A stretch of 64,000 nt of DNA from Trichoplax sp. H2 (Eukaryota). The notes under the pieces were generated by a model. It did no database searches, was not told the DNA's origin, and saw only the letters and a list, made by a program, of their open reading frames with translations. Both the position numbers and the translations under genes were made by a program. This document shows positions 15,001 through 28,912 of this stretch, piece after piece (position 1 is the first letter of the stretch; every line of letters begins with the position of its first letter). Location of the stretch: positions 868,001 through 932,000 of the forward strand of contig NOWV01000014.1 in assembly GCA_003344405.1 (NCBI GenBank), in the 5' to 3' direction.

Positions 15001-18000
15001 GATTAACTACAAGTAGAGTGATAATGATAGATTTCATTATTCAAATGCACCGTAATTTCAATCTTGGAAAGACAAAATTACATGTTTCAATTGCAAGAAT
15101 TGATTATATTTCCACATTATTTATGTTTGGTTAATGGCAGTAGATAATTAGTACCGTAGTTAACGGAGTCCAAAAGAATAAATGATAGTTCTAAGACAAC
15201 CGTACATTAAGTTAACATAAATCATTACAGAAGTTAAGGTACGCATATGTATACGTAAGAGATACCTTACATTATTACCTGTACATTTAATTTTGACACT
15301 TCCGCCCATGCAACTGGAGTCGGTAATAAGCGTATAGGAACACTCACTTATAGATGCTTCATTTCCCGAGCATCTTAATTCATATCTTGGAAGTTCGTTA
15401 GTATCAGATTGATTGAAATAGGCACTAGCGAAAGTGTAACCTAATTGTCGGCAAATTACTTGCATATCGTTTACTGTTAACTTCCTTTCGCAGACAGTAC
15501 TCCATTGATTGTTTAGAAATATTTCTGGATTTCCATACATTGGAATCGAGCTATTCACTAATCTAACGGAGCCAGTTGCTATAGGAGCTATTCAAATTCA
15601 AATTTTAAGTTTTAATACACCTAGTATCATGTATTTACTAGGTAAAATACATAAATTACTGAAAGTAATGTTCATTTTACGTTAACTCTTAGGTAATAAA
15701 AGACGAACAATATTAAATGATATATTTAGATGTAATAAGTCAATGAAGTTACTTACTCGCGTTTAAATGGCATACATTGCCTGTATATTGGCCAGTGCAG
15801 TTACAATGAAAACCATAGAACATATTGAAGCATGTACCATTATTATGGCAGGGATTAGATGCACAATAATTGTTTGCTAAAATGTAAAGGGACACAGCAA
15901 AGGATATTTTTCATTAGAAGTAATAAATATGGACATGTCTACTCTAATCTTTCTTATATTCGTAAGTTGTCTATCAAGTTAGTATATGTAGCAATCGCAA
16001 ATGATTAAAGCCAAATTTATCAGTAGCATTCAAAGCGTATGATTAGAACAGTATCGGCTTTGATATTAAGTATTAATTCTTACTTGAGCAATCGACCGAT
16101 ATGACCGCATTTGAACAACGTTCCGTTCCATTAAAGTTAAAAGACGGGCATTGCGATAAAGAGGTCTCATAGCCGGTGCATTGTGGATTACTTGAGCTAT
16201 AAAATGAAGAAGGAGATCCAGTAGCATAGCCGATAGAAAAGCTGTTTGCACCTGCAAAGTTGTTACTTTGACAAATGGCATGAGCAGCGGACATAGTGAA
16301 TCCAAATTTGCATAAGTTTCTGGTACCGGAAGTGCTGTAAAGTCTAACTTGGCCATATGAACCATAAGTGTTGAAATAATAAATTGCCACTGAACCCGGC
16401 GTATAGGGTCCTTTAACGAAAGTAAGGCGATAATATTTCAAAGAAATGGATTTCATAGCACGTATGCTATACTTGAGCAGTAGCATTGTAAATTATGCAT
16501 AAAATCAATTTTTATAGGAATCATTTTAGTTTACCGCTTTGACATTGCTTTCCAGCCCACGGATATGGACAAGAACACTTATACTTGACATTTTGGACAA
16601 CAGAGCAGTTACCTCCGTGATCACATGGATTAACATAACAGGCATTTCGATATTGGCATAAATTGCCTAAGTAACCTGGAAAGCATTCACACGAGATATA
16701 CGGGTAAGGACTTTGAGAATTAATATTGTTTAATACCTTGCACGTTCCATTATTGCATAGACCAGGAGAACAATAAGTACCTACAAGAATGGTTATAATA
16801 TCAAATTTTGCAACCGTAAGTGCTAGCATGCTACACTCAACTTATAGGCACTTTAATAATATGCGTAGTAAAATATACTTGACAGAATGATGAAAAATTT
16901 TAGTGTGATAGAGCTATATAATACTATAAGAAAAAATGCATCAGAAGGATGTGATGGTAGTGGTAAGTTATAATCGCTTAAAAATCTTAATTTCGAGTTT
17001 CCTTCAACCTTTTGACCTATCTAACAGTTTGCGTAGTAAAATTAATAAAAGCAAAAACTAATGATAAGCTTACGCCTGCATTCCACTTTCATCGGATGGG
17101 GGCAAAGATTACTATTTATGCCATATAAAAACGAACAGGAATGTATGTTTGTTGCGCTAGAGGTACAGTTAATGTGCCTAATCCATATTTTGTGATTTGT
17201 GGTACTGGTGCAACAGGATGATCTTCTACCACTTGCGTAACCAAGGTGTTTGCAAGCTGTTACAGCTACCTGTTCGGAAGTCTCATTACAAACAGCTCCC
17301 CATATACCTTTATGAAATATTTCGACTATCCCTGTATCTATTTTACCAGGTGCAGTTGAGTTAATGGAATAGTCTTGATTTCTTATGCGTAGGGTACCAT
17401 CAGCTGGATATTCTATCAAATTTTATCACCATTTACAGAAAATGTTATATTAAAGAATAGACTTATAGGTATAAAAATCTTTTAAAATTAACGATCAGTT
17501 ACAGAGAATCGTAGTTTTTCGATTGCACCGTAAATTGGTTACTGTAATTTGAATACTGGTGAGTATAATAAACTTGACTAATAGTCCAATGTTTATGACC
17601 TAGCCAGGGCGGTGTTAAGTGAATATTATCAATTTATGGCATCATCAACTATAAATTATTACTAAGTTCTATCAGTCCCAATTCTGTTCATACAGTTTAT
17701 TGTAGCCAACTATAGGAATAAGTAAATTTACCTATCGATGTTTCACATCGTTCGCTGGTAAATCCTCTTGGGCAATAACACTGGTAACCAAGTGAACTAA
17801 GAGGTAAATTTGTGGTCCTTTTACATAATTTGCTTTGCTTTGCACATTCGTTATTCTGAGAAGAATTACAAGTTCGAGAAACTGGCAATCAAGAAAAAGA
17901 TTAGTTAATTATATTTAGTACTGACACATAGTTATTACTTCTTTGTTCGTAACATCCATTTTATAGTATTTCAAAAAAAATTTTAGTTTTTATAATTAAA

Positions 18001-21000
18001 TAATATTAACAGAAAGAATTATAATTGAAAATACCATGAACTACTAGACAAAGACTTCCTAGTAGTCCATGGAAATACCAATCAAAATCTCATCGCTCGA
18101 TAATTGTAGGCTTTAGCGAATAGAAGATCAAAGCTGAAACCGAATAGCTTTGAGCATCTTCAGAAATAGATGATGTCATGGTAATCTGCTGTATTTAGAA
18201 AAATCCTTAACTTTGGCACAAATCGCTTTCTTGAAAAATTACAGTAACTACGTAAATCATTAATACGAAATAAATAATTACGCCTTGAAGATAAAGTGAT
18301 AAAAGTTTGTAAGAATTTATCAAGATTGATATTGTAACCACTAGTTGTATACGTATTGGTAGTACAAAGAAAATTAATTGACATTAAGAAAGACTAAAGC
18401 GTTCGACAATGTTTCTTCTAGTTCGATATTTTACGTATGTGATAATGTCGCTCTAATTTAGTAATCGTCACGAGTGCGACATTTTAAGTGCCACTGCTAT
18501 TCCATTATTAAGAAATGTTTATTCCCCTAATTTTTGCAATATAGTTAAAGAAAGGCTCGTTCGATGAATTTAAATGATTCGATAATCCCGTTGGCATTCA
18601 GTATCGTATCAGCATTTTTACCGCTGTTACTGATAAATATATTTTAACTTCAGTTTTACGACTTTCGCAAATATTGAACAGTCGGTAAGCAACAGTAAAA
18701 AGTAGAGCTCAAATGTAAATTCACCTGGACTCGGTTTATAATACGAAATTTTAAATATCATAACAAATCTCACGTATCCGTAATTTTATCACACTAATTC
18801 TATCATTACTAATACAGATTTTTATCTTGAAATCTTAAAGCGAACAGACCCATGGTAGTACTTAAGCTGAGTAAGTAAAAAGAGTGATGGTTCTATCTCT
18901 TAAATGCCGACGATATTCATAAGTTTCTGAAAAAATATTATTACAGTGTCTATAAGATCCTGGAGAATACCTTACCGCTGCAACGGACGAATAACTGGTT
19001 GTAACATCGGTAATGAGGTGGGGAATAGTCGGCATAATTACAGGCTAGAAGGGAAGTTTCGTTTCCAAGACAAACAGGATTTGTTATTATTCCGGAATAA
19101 GTAAAAGATGAGGTCATGAAGGATTCACCAGTGTACAAGTATCCAGCTGCACGGCAAACAACTGATGCTGTTTTGGAACGATGACTGGTTGTAGTAAGAC
19201 ATACTCTACCAATTCGATTGTCTATAAATGTGGCAGCTAAATAATTGATAACTGTAGTAGATCCATCGGCCGGATAAACTACATTAATTATGAAATAGAT
19301 TGATAGAAAATACATCAATAACAGAATGCGAGGATTGAACATTTTTACTTGAAATATCTGGCAGGTGTTAAGTAATTCTACCTGATTAATTGGATGTTAT
19401 CCATTTAAAGATAACTTAACTTTGTAGTAAATCCAATTAAAGCTTAGATTAATACATACTGAAATTTTGACTCACACTTTTCACAATTTCGTCCTTGATA
19501 ATTTTCGTAGCATCGGCAAGTAAAATTACCATCGGTGTTTAGGCATAACCCCGAATTTTTGCATGGGTTAGGATAACAATAATTGGCTAGAATACATAAT
19601 ATTGATTACATTTCGAAACGTAAGCAAAATAAATTCTTTCAAGAGCATAATATCTGAATGATTTATGATTAAGACGAAGCAATCTTATTCTGTAATTTGA
19701 AGAAAATGTAAAGTTTTACTCTACGCTTGGCGTAACAGTGTCCTTTATCTAATTATATTTAGCCTTTGTAGGTATTTACAGGAAGTTTTAAAATAAAAGA
19801 CGATAAACTCAAAACTTTTCACTATAAGAGTACATACGAGATTCGCAATGGATTCCTGCGAAATTGGTAACACAGTTACAAAAGTAAGAGGTTTGATTAG
19901 ATAATTCCGAGCAAGATCCTCCATTTAGGCAAGGATTGGAAGAACATCCTCGTCCTGTATCAGATACATAAATGTACTACAATTATCCAAATTGATGCAT
20001 GAATAAATGATGAAATACGTATAACGATAAATTTGTTTACGTACGATATTCACTATTTTTTCCAAAGAATGGATAGTTACATGTGCAGTTATATATTTGG
20101 TTATTATAGTAACTATTGCATATTCCGTTGTTTTTACAAGTCTTTGCTGTACAAGCCGGCTCAACTGAAATAAAAGAACATTAATTAATTCAAACTGCAA
20201 GATTCCAAGCATCTATAAGAAGTTAGTTTACTATTCGCATTGGTTATGTAGATATTATAGCATGCTAAACTGGAATAGAAGAATTATAGCACCAATAGTG
20301 ATTATCAGTACTTTAAATTGTTAGGAATTTGCTTTTTAATAAACCTAACAATATAGTCTAATATTTCAGCACAATAAAGTGTATTAGAACTAGCTCATGT
20401 GTTCATGCATATAAAGTAATAATATTATAAAGAAGTAGCTACAATAAGAAGGGATTCATACATAGTATGATAACTTGTCTGTAAATTTTTATTTTAGTAT
20501 AATGTTCAATGTAGAATACATTCTACGTTCAAATGAACGTGAAACTTGACTAGTAGGTAATTAAAAAAATAATTTCAATAAACCGGATATCTTACAGTTT
20601 TGTTCACAAAATCTTCCAGTCGATCCAGAAGGACAAGTACAGTAGGCAGCTGCATACGAATAATACTGATGGCAAGTGCCATTATTCTTGCAAGTGCTTG
20701 ATGTACAGCTACCTATACACGTCTGAGCTATAAATTGAATATGAAATTCTTTTATCGAAAATGATGAATTATAATTTGATTTACTGTTAACAATATTAGA
20801 AGCGATTTATAGTCCTCTACGTATGTTATTTAACCAGCATAGAAAATTCCTCATCGCTATTAGTAAATTGACTATGAACAAATATACTCTCATTAGCGAA
20901 CGCGTTTTAATTAAAAACGACTAGAAATCCTGTACTGGTGTCAGGTAATTGCTTCAAATTACTGAGGCAGTTAATTTTACCGGTCTGAATGATTTAACAT

Positions 21001-23169
21001 AATCGATTTGAATTTACATAACAGCAGGTAGCCAACAGCTAGTTGTAATTAAGTAAGTTCAGGTATCGTTATTGTTACGAGGTGCAGGTTTTATTTATAA
21101 GGAAAAGGTTTATTTCAGATCGACTACTGACCTTGAAACTCAGTAGTTTTATTAAAACATTCTGGATCACTAGTACCAGCAGGACAGTTACAGAAATAGG
21201 ATGATCCATTTGATGTTTGGAATGAAATGCACCGACCCACTGTACAAGGATTACTACTGCAGGGGTAATCTGAACCGTTGATAGCTGTCGACAGGAAAAT
21301 ATAAAAGTTAGTAGCAACAATTCCAGAGCTTAATATCCATAAATCACAGCTAGTTCAATTTAAAAACTACTCAATCGATATTAAAACTATTAGTAAATCG
21401 TAATACTAAAGTAGTATATCTAGAGTTGTTCAAATGAAAATTGCGACCTATGCCATATTACAAGTTGAGATGAAATTTCCTTTACGAGTCATACCTATCT
21501 GACATGATAATCCCGTATAACCACTGTAACATAAACATTTTTCCACTCCATCAATTTTATAACATTGTCCTTGCATGCATGAACTACCATTGCAGCTTTG
21601 AAACGGCAAATCTAAGTAAAATTCATTCGTAAATGTTCAATAAGGAATTTACCTAAATAGTCTATGTGTTCGAGATGTAAGAATTACAAAAGTTCTCTAG
21701 AATGATTAATCATTCACTGATTCTATAACAGCATCATTAACATCAGATGATGCTATTGAGAAATCATAGAAAGGATGTTATCAGGAACTATTCTCACAAG
21801 ATAGTTTTCAAAATAGTACAAATCCAAGATACAGTAAAATTTAAATCTTTAGAGTTGCTAACTGTACGCCTATACAATGAATCATGGACTAGTGAAATAT
21901 TTTAGTTGGCTAAGAGTGAATGTAGTTAAATACTACGATAGGTACTCTACTGAATCTATGAAAGACAGAAAGAGGAAGCTATGAGCTGGTAAGTGGAAAC
22001 TACCAACCAACTGCTCATACTGCATTACAAACTCCTTAACGCTTCAGCAATTACTGGATAGAATTTGTACTCAGCACGCTAGCGGTAAATCAAAGACTAT
22101 CAGAAGTCGAACTAAGAGCCGAGGTAGAACATTTTCAGCACAAGCACTAGCCAATATTCCATGAAGAGCCTCTAACAGTGCATGGCTAATTCACCATATC
22201 GTAGTATTGTAGATGCATTTAAGTTATGAGTCTAAGTAATGGAATAGTCTACTATCAGTTAAATAATTTAGTTTCATGTTTTCTCTACATGGTTTGCTAT
22301 CCACGCTCTTCCAAAGCCAATTTCTCTTAACTTATTACCGTTCCTGCAATCCCAAAAATTCGCTACATAAGCCTAAATCGTTAACTCAATATGAAGTCAT
22401 ATTATTTAGACAATCCTGTATTATCTATGTAATCAAGTTCTTTATCAGTAAAGCTTCGTCGTATCCTACAAGTAGTCTACAACATATTGTAATCTTAAGG
22501 TTTGTAATTGATTGCGTACGACTATAGTATACTTTGAAAATAAGTATCAGGCTTAATTTGTTATGCCTATATTAACTACATGCCTGGGAGATCTCACATT
22601 AAAATCGAATTGAACCCTTAACGATAATTTACAGACTGTTGTGGAGTTATATTGCTTCTATCGTTGATGAAGCAGAAATTCATTTTGCTTTACTTACCGG
22701 TACCGGCTACACTGATAGCCCCTTTCGTTAGAAGATTAGAGCCTATCAGTAGTATCTAACAATTAGAATAGTAAATTATACAGTTAGTTATATACTTATT
22801 TCAAATTAGTATAATGCAAGTAACGTATATCAGATATTTTTAGTGTTCACCATTGATAATTTTTTAACGTATTGTTACATTAACAGTAGTAAAAATAACA
22901 CTTTGAATTCGATCTAATACAGAAGATACGGTATCTTAGGTAAATGATATATTCCAATCAAGGAAATATCGTATTCATGTTCAACGATAAATATGACTGT
23001 CTTATATTTGTTGCTAAGATGTATACTATAACCTGCAATTTAAAGTTTGATCATCGAATCAGAAAAAGAAAAGTATATTGATAGCAATCATAGTACAGGC
23101 TTAGTTGAGTTGTTGCTTTTACTAGAAGCTTACCAAACTGTATAAAAGTAGCTTGGCTCGAGCGATCAT
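1..23169 (-). CDS. Gene A: multi-exon EGF/SRCR/Ig mosaic receptor-like protein, 3'-partial (signal peptide, 6 EGF, 13 SRCR interleaved with EGF, at least 6 Ig-EGF modules); paralog of gene B
   Basis: Manually spliced GT-AG exons. ATG exon 23169-23134 (MIARAKLLLYSL) plus 22755-22698 (ILLIGSNLLTKGAISVAGT) form a signal peptide. EGF exons follow from ~21611 (LPFQSCNGSSCMQGQC...). SRCR exons carry G-x-V-E-V...W-G-x-V-C...A-x-V-x-C-R-Q-L-G...C-x-G-x-E motifs. Ig exons carry C...W-x-K-N-G...D/N-G-x-Y-x-C. The last exon in the window is Ig 346-34. Confidence 0.9.
34..6267 (-). CDS. Gene A Ig/EGF block (6 I-set-like Ig exons visible, alternating with EGFs split across two exons)
   Basis: Ig exons at ~5964-6267, 4802-5110, 3178-3487, 2121-2426, 1137-1437 and 34-346 (ORF track: CTAYGRPRPTIAWLKNG...DQGVYAC etc.); half-EGF exons ending TGCAG|GT lie between them. 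Confidence 0.9.
7547..19278 (-). CDS. Gene A SRCR/EGF block (13 SRCR domains)
   Basis: SRCR exons near 18976-19278, 17074-17411, 16085-16467, 15279-15587, 14665-15007, 13910-14240, 12922-13260, 12039-12365, 11256-11567, a split one at 10070-10296 + 9870-9978, two within 8732-9499, and 7547-7866; EGF exons lie between them. Confidence 0.9.
19477..21611 (-). CDS. Gene A N-terminal block of 6 single-exon EGF-like domains
   Basis: Exons at ~21495-21611, 21132-21284, 20595-20728, 20045-20164, 19840-19954 and 19477-19586, each with EGF cysteine spacing (e.g. [12 protein letters not shown]...CNCVTNFAGIHC). Confidence 0.85.
22698..23169 (-). CDS. Gene A signal-peptide exons 1 (23169-23134) and 2 (22755-22698)
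   Basis: ATG, a 36-nt exon ending TTG|GTAAGC (phase 0), then a 58-nt exon TTAG|...ACCG|GTAAGT (phase 1) that joins the first EGF exon in frame; hydrophobic N-terminus. Confidence 0.75.
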
Positions 23170-23377
23170 TTCATTACCCTGATGAATCCTAGCACTTCTC
23201 GTGGTAACTAGCATGAATACTTTTCAAAAGGTAATGGTGTTAACAGGAGGAGAATAGTACAGAATAGAATAGGATAGAGAAATAAAACAATCTATTTATA
23301 AGGCTATCTAGTGTAATGTTATATTACTTATATATCTACATTTATTCAATGGGCAGAACTTATACTACCCTAGTTGG

Positions 23378-23389
23378 TTATATATATTC

Positions 23390-23420
<31 letters not shown>

Positions 23421-23421
23421 C
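23378..23421. repeat. (TA)n microsatellite ~210 bp upstream of the gene A start codon
   Basis: tatatatattcatatatatatatatatatatatatatacatac. Confidence 0.9.
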
Positions 23422-23528
23422 AGTACTTAATCATCAGTACCAAAGTGGTAAAAATACCTTTTTTTGAACGTTTTTGAACATTTCTTACGCCTTTAGTCAA
23501 TAATAAATTGACATTAGGCACCACCCTA

Positions 23529-23929
23529 AAATACTCCCTAAGGGCGGAGCTAGCCTACACCTGTATACTAAAGAGATATTTGACAAATCAGTTGCATAGT
23601 AACCCTACTCTACGTGTACAATAGACTGTCAAAAATCTAAGTTTAAAAAATAAGTAAATGCCAATAGCTTCACGGTTTAATCACTTTAATGTACATGAGT
23701 GACAGTCTCCTAATATAGTTTATTAAGAAATTCTATCTACTAAAAGTCTACTATCGTCGTTTCAAATACTGATATAACGCTGCCATTAAAAATAACAAAA
23801 GATGGCGTTGGATCAATAATTTCAAACGGTGATAGGCCACTTTTAGCAAATAGAATTGCTTATATATTTACATCAGGAGCATGCCACTAAAGCACACTAA
23901 AACGTAAAGCTGCTGGGAAATTATTAATT
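23529..23929 (+). repeat. Copy 1 of a ~400-bp direct duplication (truncated by the assembly gap)
   Basis: aaatactccctaagg...gggaaattattaatt matches 24078-24478 with about 13 substitutions counted by eye. Confidence 0.95.
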
Positions 23930-23949
23930 NNNNNNNNNNNNNNNNNNNN
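23930..23949. other. Assembly gap (20 N)
   Basis: Run of n characters. Confidence 1.
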
Positions 23950-24077
23950 GTTGATTCGATATTACCTGAATTTATTATGCCACAAGCTTGCTATTGTTAC
24001 AGCCTACATAAACATCATAATTGATCATAGTTACTGTAGTATTTAACACTTGTTCATTTTAGGTATTTAATATGAAT

Positions 24078-24478
24078 AAATACTCCCTAAGGACGGAGTT
24101 AGCCTATACCTGTATACTAAAGAGATATCTGACAAATCAGTTGCATAGTAACCCTACTCTACGTGTACAATAGACTATCAAAAATCTAAGTTTAAAAAAT
24201 AAGTAAATGCCAATAGCTTCACGGTTTAATCACTTTAATGTACATGAGTGTCAGTCTCCTAATATAGTTTATTCAGAAATTCTATCTACTAAAAGTCTAC
24301 TATCGTCGTTTCAAATACTGATATAACGCTAGCATTAAAAATAACAAAAGATGGCGTTGGATCAATAATTTCAGACGGTAATAGGCCACTTTTAGCAAAT
24401 AGAATTGCTTATATATTTACATCAGGAGCCTGCCACTAAAGCATACTAAAACGTAAAGCTGCTGGGAAATTATTAATT
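24078..24478 (+). repeat. Copy 2 of the ~400-bp direct duplication
   Basis: About 97% identical to 23529-23929. Confidence 0.95.
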
Positions 24479-27023
24479 TTATTTTAAAATGAAAATTAAC
24501 TTTTTAATATGGTCTAGACTATTAGACTGTACAGTTAAAACTGTACAATGTAAAAGTTGTACCGTACTGTATGTACTGCACTCTATGCGTGTGTTACAAA
24601 CTGAGTGGTGGCAAGTTCGCAAAATTCTGCATCACTGAAAGATTGCCTAGTGCTGTTAGAAGCGCCTTGGTGTTTTGTTGATTGCACCCAATATCACTTA
24701 TAGAGTGAGATTTTTCCTGCGACATGTAGATGCGGGTAGTGTTTTGCATCAATTAAGGATGCGTAGCAGGACAATCGGTTGTGCTGAATTTCAATGCAAA
24801 TACAGTATAGAACGGTATTACGACCTGACTAGGAAAATGGTTGGAGAGACCGTACTGCGTCTTTAATTTCGTTTTAGATACTTTAACTTGGAAAAATAGA
24901 ACTAATACTAACGGGGGGGTGCAGTCGCTTATACCGATATAATCTTTGAGTTAACTGTACGTATAGAAATGGTTATATAGATAGCAATACGTTTCATCTA
25001 TACTTTTATTAAATATCTTATCCAAATATAGTATTGCTGTACAACGTACTGTACATACAATGCACATGTAACAGCGACTGATAGTTTGTATTAGAAACTC
25101 TAAGTAAAGAGAACTAAAATTATACAATACTGCAATATAAAATAATAGAAATGTCGAAAGCTAATTGCTCATTCGTACTGATCTGTCAGTACGGAATTTG
25201 AGCCTAATGTAAATTACATTTTTCAAAATTTAAAGACATAATATAATATAACAACTATAGCTGAATATCTTTCAACCATCGTAGAGGGCTGGCTACGCCC
25301 ATGTAATAGTGTAATATTAATCAAATCAAGTGGAAGAAAGCTGCTAGTCGTGGCGTTATGACTTCAAGGTTAAAACGTCTACCTACCTGTTACGGCATTA
25401 CATAGCCTTAATTTTTAGAGTTTAAGAAAGGATTGTTGCTGACAGTGTTTCAGTGCTATAGTATAGGAAATACTAGGATTTATTGTACTTACAACTGTAG
25501 GAATTGATATCCTATAGTAAATTAATATTATTCATGCTTTATTCGAAAATTGAAAGCTATGAACGTTATTTGTAATGTGATACATTGATTAGCCAATAAG
25601 GCTTCGTGATTACGTGCGTAATTTAGATAAGATTATTCTTAATAAAATAAATATATCTTTTTATCTAATTACATCCTCAAGGTGTGTCTGGTATTTCTTT
25701 GTGATGATAAACGGTTATTTATGAGCGTACTTATTGGTTTGAATCATTCGAATTTGAGAGACAACAGTGAGTAGTGAGTTACTGAATAAAGCTGTTTTGT
25801 AGATTATAGTACAGCGTATCTACTGGTGGTGAGCCTTTTAAGCTCACTGTACAGTACAGTACCGTATTACCGATGTTGACGTAATTATGGTATCGTTGTA
25901 CAGTAAAAGTATGGTGCAGCATTGTTTGTTTATGTTATGCTGTGCATACCTGAGCTACCGTCGATGCAAAGAACAGTCAAGGCATACAGCAATAATTTCT
26001 ATATACTTTGCCATCGAAAAATCTGAGAGAATTAGTAAAACGTGCGGTACACTACGGTACAAAATTCGGTATTATGGAGTAAAATATGTTGACGAATTTT
26101 GTACCATGGTGTTATTTATTAATTACATTGGTAGCGTTGCATATCGCAAAATTGATCAGTAACGGATTCGTTTTAAAACTAGGCGAATTGTATCGGCTAG
26201 ATTGAATCCGACTTGATTACAATCCGTGAAATATGATACTTTGCATTACACTGCTGTATAGGGTTGGTGTTAGGACTAACTAAGGTTACCAACATTGTCA
26301 TTCAGAAAACAATTTGAACAATTTGAAGCGTATTCCTAACACTCATGCTAAACCCTAGTTCTAATCGCAATCCTAGCTCTAACCCTAGCCCTCCGTAATT
26401 TGGGGGCAAGAAAACTGTTTTGCAGAAAATAGCCTATAAAGATGGTAAGTTCATTGGCAAATAGACTGACTTGAATAATTATGTATCAAAAATTTAAAGT
26501 TCAATCAGTTCGTGATAGTAATGTAACGAAGAATACAAGTTTGTTTCAATTTAAATACAAAGTACTCGTGATAAGGTTTGATTCGTATCAGAATCGATAT
26601 AATAATTGCATTGAGCTGGTATAATAAAGATTATCATTCAAACTAATGTAATAATTCTTCTTTTCTGTAATCTTGGCAATTTGAAATGAACAACTGAATA
26701 TACATCTAGACGAATATATTCGTATAGCCATGATAAAGCCTACCTACGCGTCCATACTGGCATACTATAAACAAGGGTACAATTTCCTTCATTGTTACAA
26801 ATTTCACAATAACAGGTAAAATATAGTCAAGTAGACAAATATACAATAAATTAGTAGATCGGTTGATAAAATAATCAATTTAATGAAAGAATTCTAAAAT
26901 TACTAAGCGATAAATTCCTATTACTGTTATGAAACAAATTATTTCTTTTACTAGAAGATGTAGGATTAGCAGAATATTTTATTGATAGTTTAATAACGTA
27001 ATTTTAGAGCTGAACCATGCAAT

Positions 27024-27324
27024 CTATACATTTTCTTCTACATCATCGGAATCAAGCATAGGATCATAATCGTCGCCTTCCACCATATCATCTAAATCTA
27101 TACTTCCGCTATCTTCACTGTCACTCGCGTTATCAGTACTTAATTGTTCAGCAACCCTCGAAATTGAAATAATAATAATCGTAATTGTCATTCCTAATAA
27201 GGAGACACTTTAGCACATTTCTGCAGTCCATTTTGCCCAAAATAGGATTTGAAAAGTGAAACCTGTTTTTAATCAGGGGGGGACGCTTACCCAAATGGAG
27301 GCGATAGCGCAGTACTTTACGGTA
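27024..27324 (-). mobile_element. Possible relic of a Tc1/mariner-pogo-like DNA transposon (one terminus plus an acidic C-terminal coding remnant)
   Basis: The minus strand begins TACCGTAAAGTACTGCG...TAAGCGTCCCCCCC, resembling TA|CCGTA pogo-type ends. A 55-aa frame ending ...DSEDSGSIDLDDMVEGDDYDPMLDSDDVEENV* follows. No partner TIR was found. Confidence 0.3.
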
Positions 27325-28912
27325 CTTAATTAGTCATCATTGATTATATATTTAAATTATTGATGACCAATTGACCAGCCAATAGATATCTTGTAATATT
27401 TACGAGAACCGTGTCCCTTTAAGTCGTAACTAATTCCCGACTAAGGAATGTTGAATATTGTTTGTATGATTATGATTGTAACTGATTACTTAATATTAAT
27501 GGTGGATGGCAATGATTGTTAATGAAAATATTCGTTTACCGTAGGATTGTCAGTTTAACATTATATATATGTATGTACTATGTAGAAGGGAATATTAGAG
27601 TATAATCTGTCCTAAGATATGTACGACTGATCGCTAGTATCCTAGTTGGTAACTACGTTTAGCTTACTTTAGAATTTATGATTCATAGTAGAGAGACCAC
27701 CAACCGCTCTGCGAAGCATATAAAATGGCGGTGTAGTCAAGAATACTTTAGTCTTGTTTTGTTGCAGTTCTTGGTTCTATTGAAATCGTGGACTAACCAC
27801 TTAGAAGCTGATTGTTTAGCTGAAGTAATCATTGAACCAGAAGTCGTAAGTTTCCCTGTAAGTTTTTAAATATGTTCAGAATTCAGCCATATTGTTATAT
27901 TTATTTGTAAGACTCACTGATTACTGTAAGTGGCTTGATAGATAAAATATAATAAATAAATCGGTGTTATCCCCTAATCTCCACCTTGTATCAAGTGCTC
28001 CAATCATAGCGCAATTTAGTAATAACAACGCTAAATTATTATACATGTTACAGAAGCCGTTGACAATGAAGTAATATGATATTCTATTCTAACTATCTGG
28101 CCAGGACTATAGTTAGCAGTATTAGACTAGATCATAATACTTCGCACTGGAATATCTGACCGTAAAATATTAAATGTTTCTTATCTATAAATGCATTAAC
28201 AGATACTTTCACCTTTTTTTTTCGATCTATTTAAATATATTGTTTCGGATATAATTTACTTGCTTGGTAAGATGACTTCACAATTATCTACTGTGTAACT
28301 ATTATATCATTTGCTAAAGGTTGGCATAAATAAAAATATACATAAGATTAGCCCTATACTATATCTCAAAGCATTGATACGTATACCCTTTTGTTAAGCA
28401 ATTTAAAGGTCATGGCAAAATATCGCAAGTAATATTTTATCTATTAACTACGCATTAAGACCTGCGTAAAATTTAGATATTCTTTCCATTCAAATCTATT
28501 TTAAAACTATTACATTAGAATAACATTTATTGTATAATGTTCAATCGATTTTTATTTTAGTGATGTTAATCAAGCCATATCTATAAAAAGTCAATGTTAA
28601 ATTTGAAGTGATATTTTATCGAATTAGTTACATTGCTTCTAAAAATAAAGTGTTTAATTAATTAATAATCTCTCTCAAGAAATCGAAGAATTAACTGAGA
28701 GCCCTGATTTTCATTTAATTATGATGCATAAAAATATTTGTCTTACTGACGTATATATATACTGACACATTAATTTAGATATTGCATAAGAACGGGTATG
28801 TAAATATCAAACTGTGATATGACCGATACTAAAATAAAAAGCTCCTTAAATCAAAATTACCTATATTTAAAATTGAAAATCTAAACATGCCTAAAAAATA
28901 ATACTGGTATAT

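Noticed and set aside
27678-27869. Possible exon or ORF between genes A and B
   Set aside because: Short, no recognisable domain on either strand, and no supported splice connection
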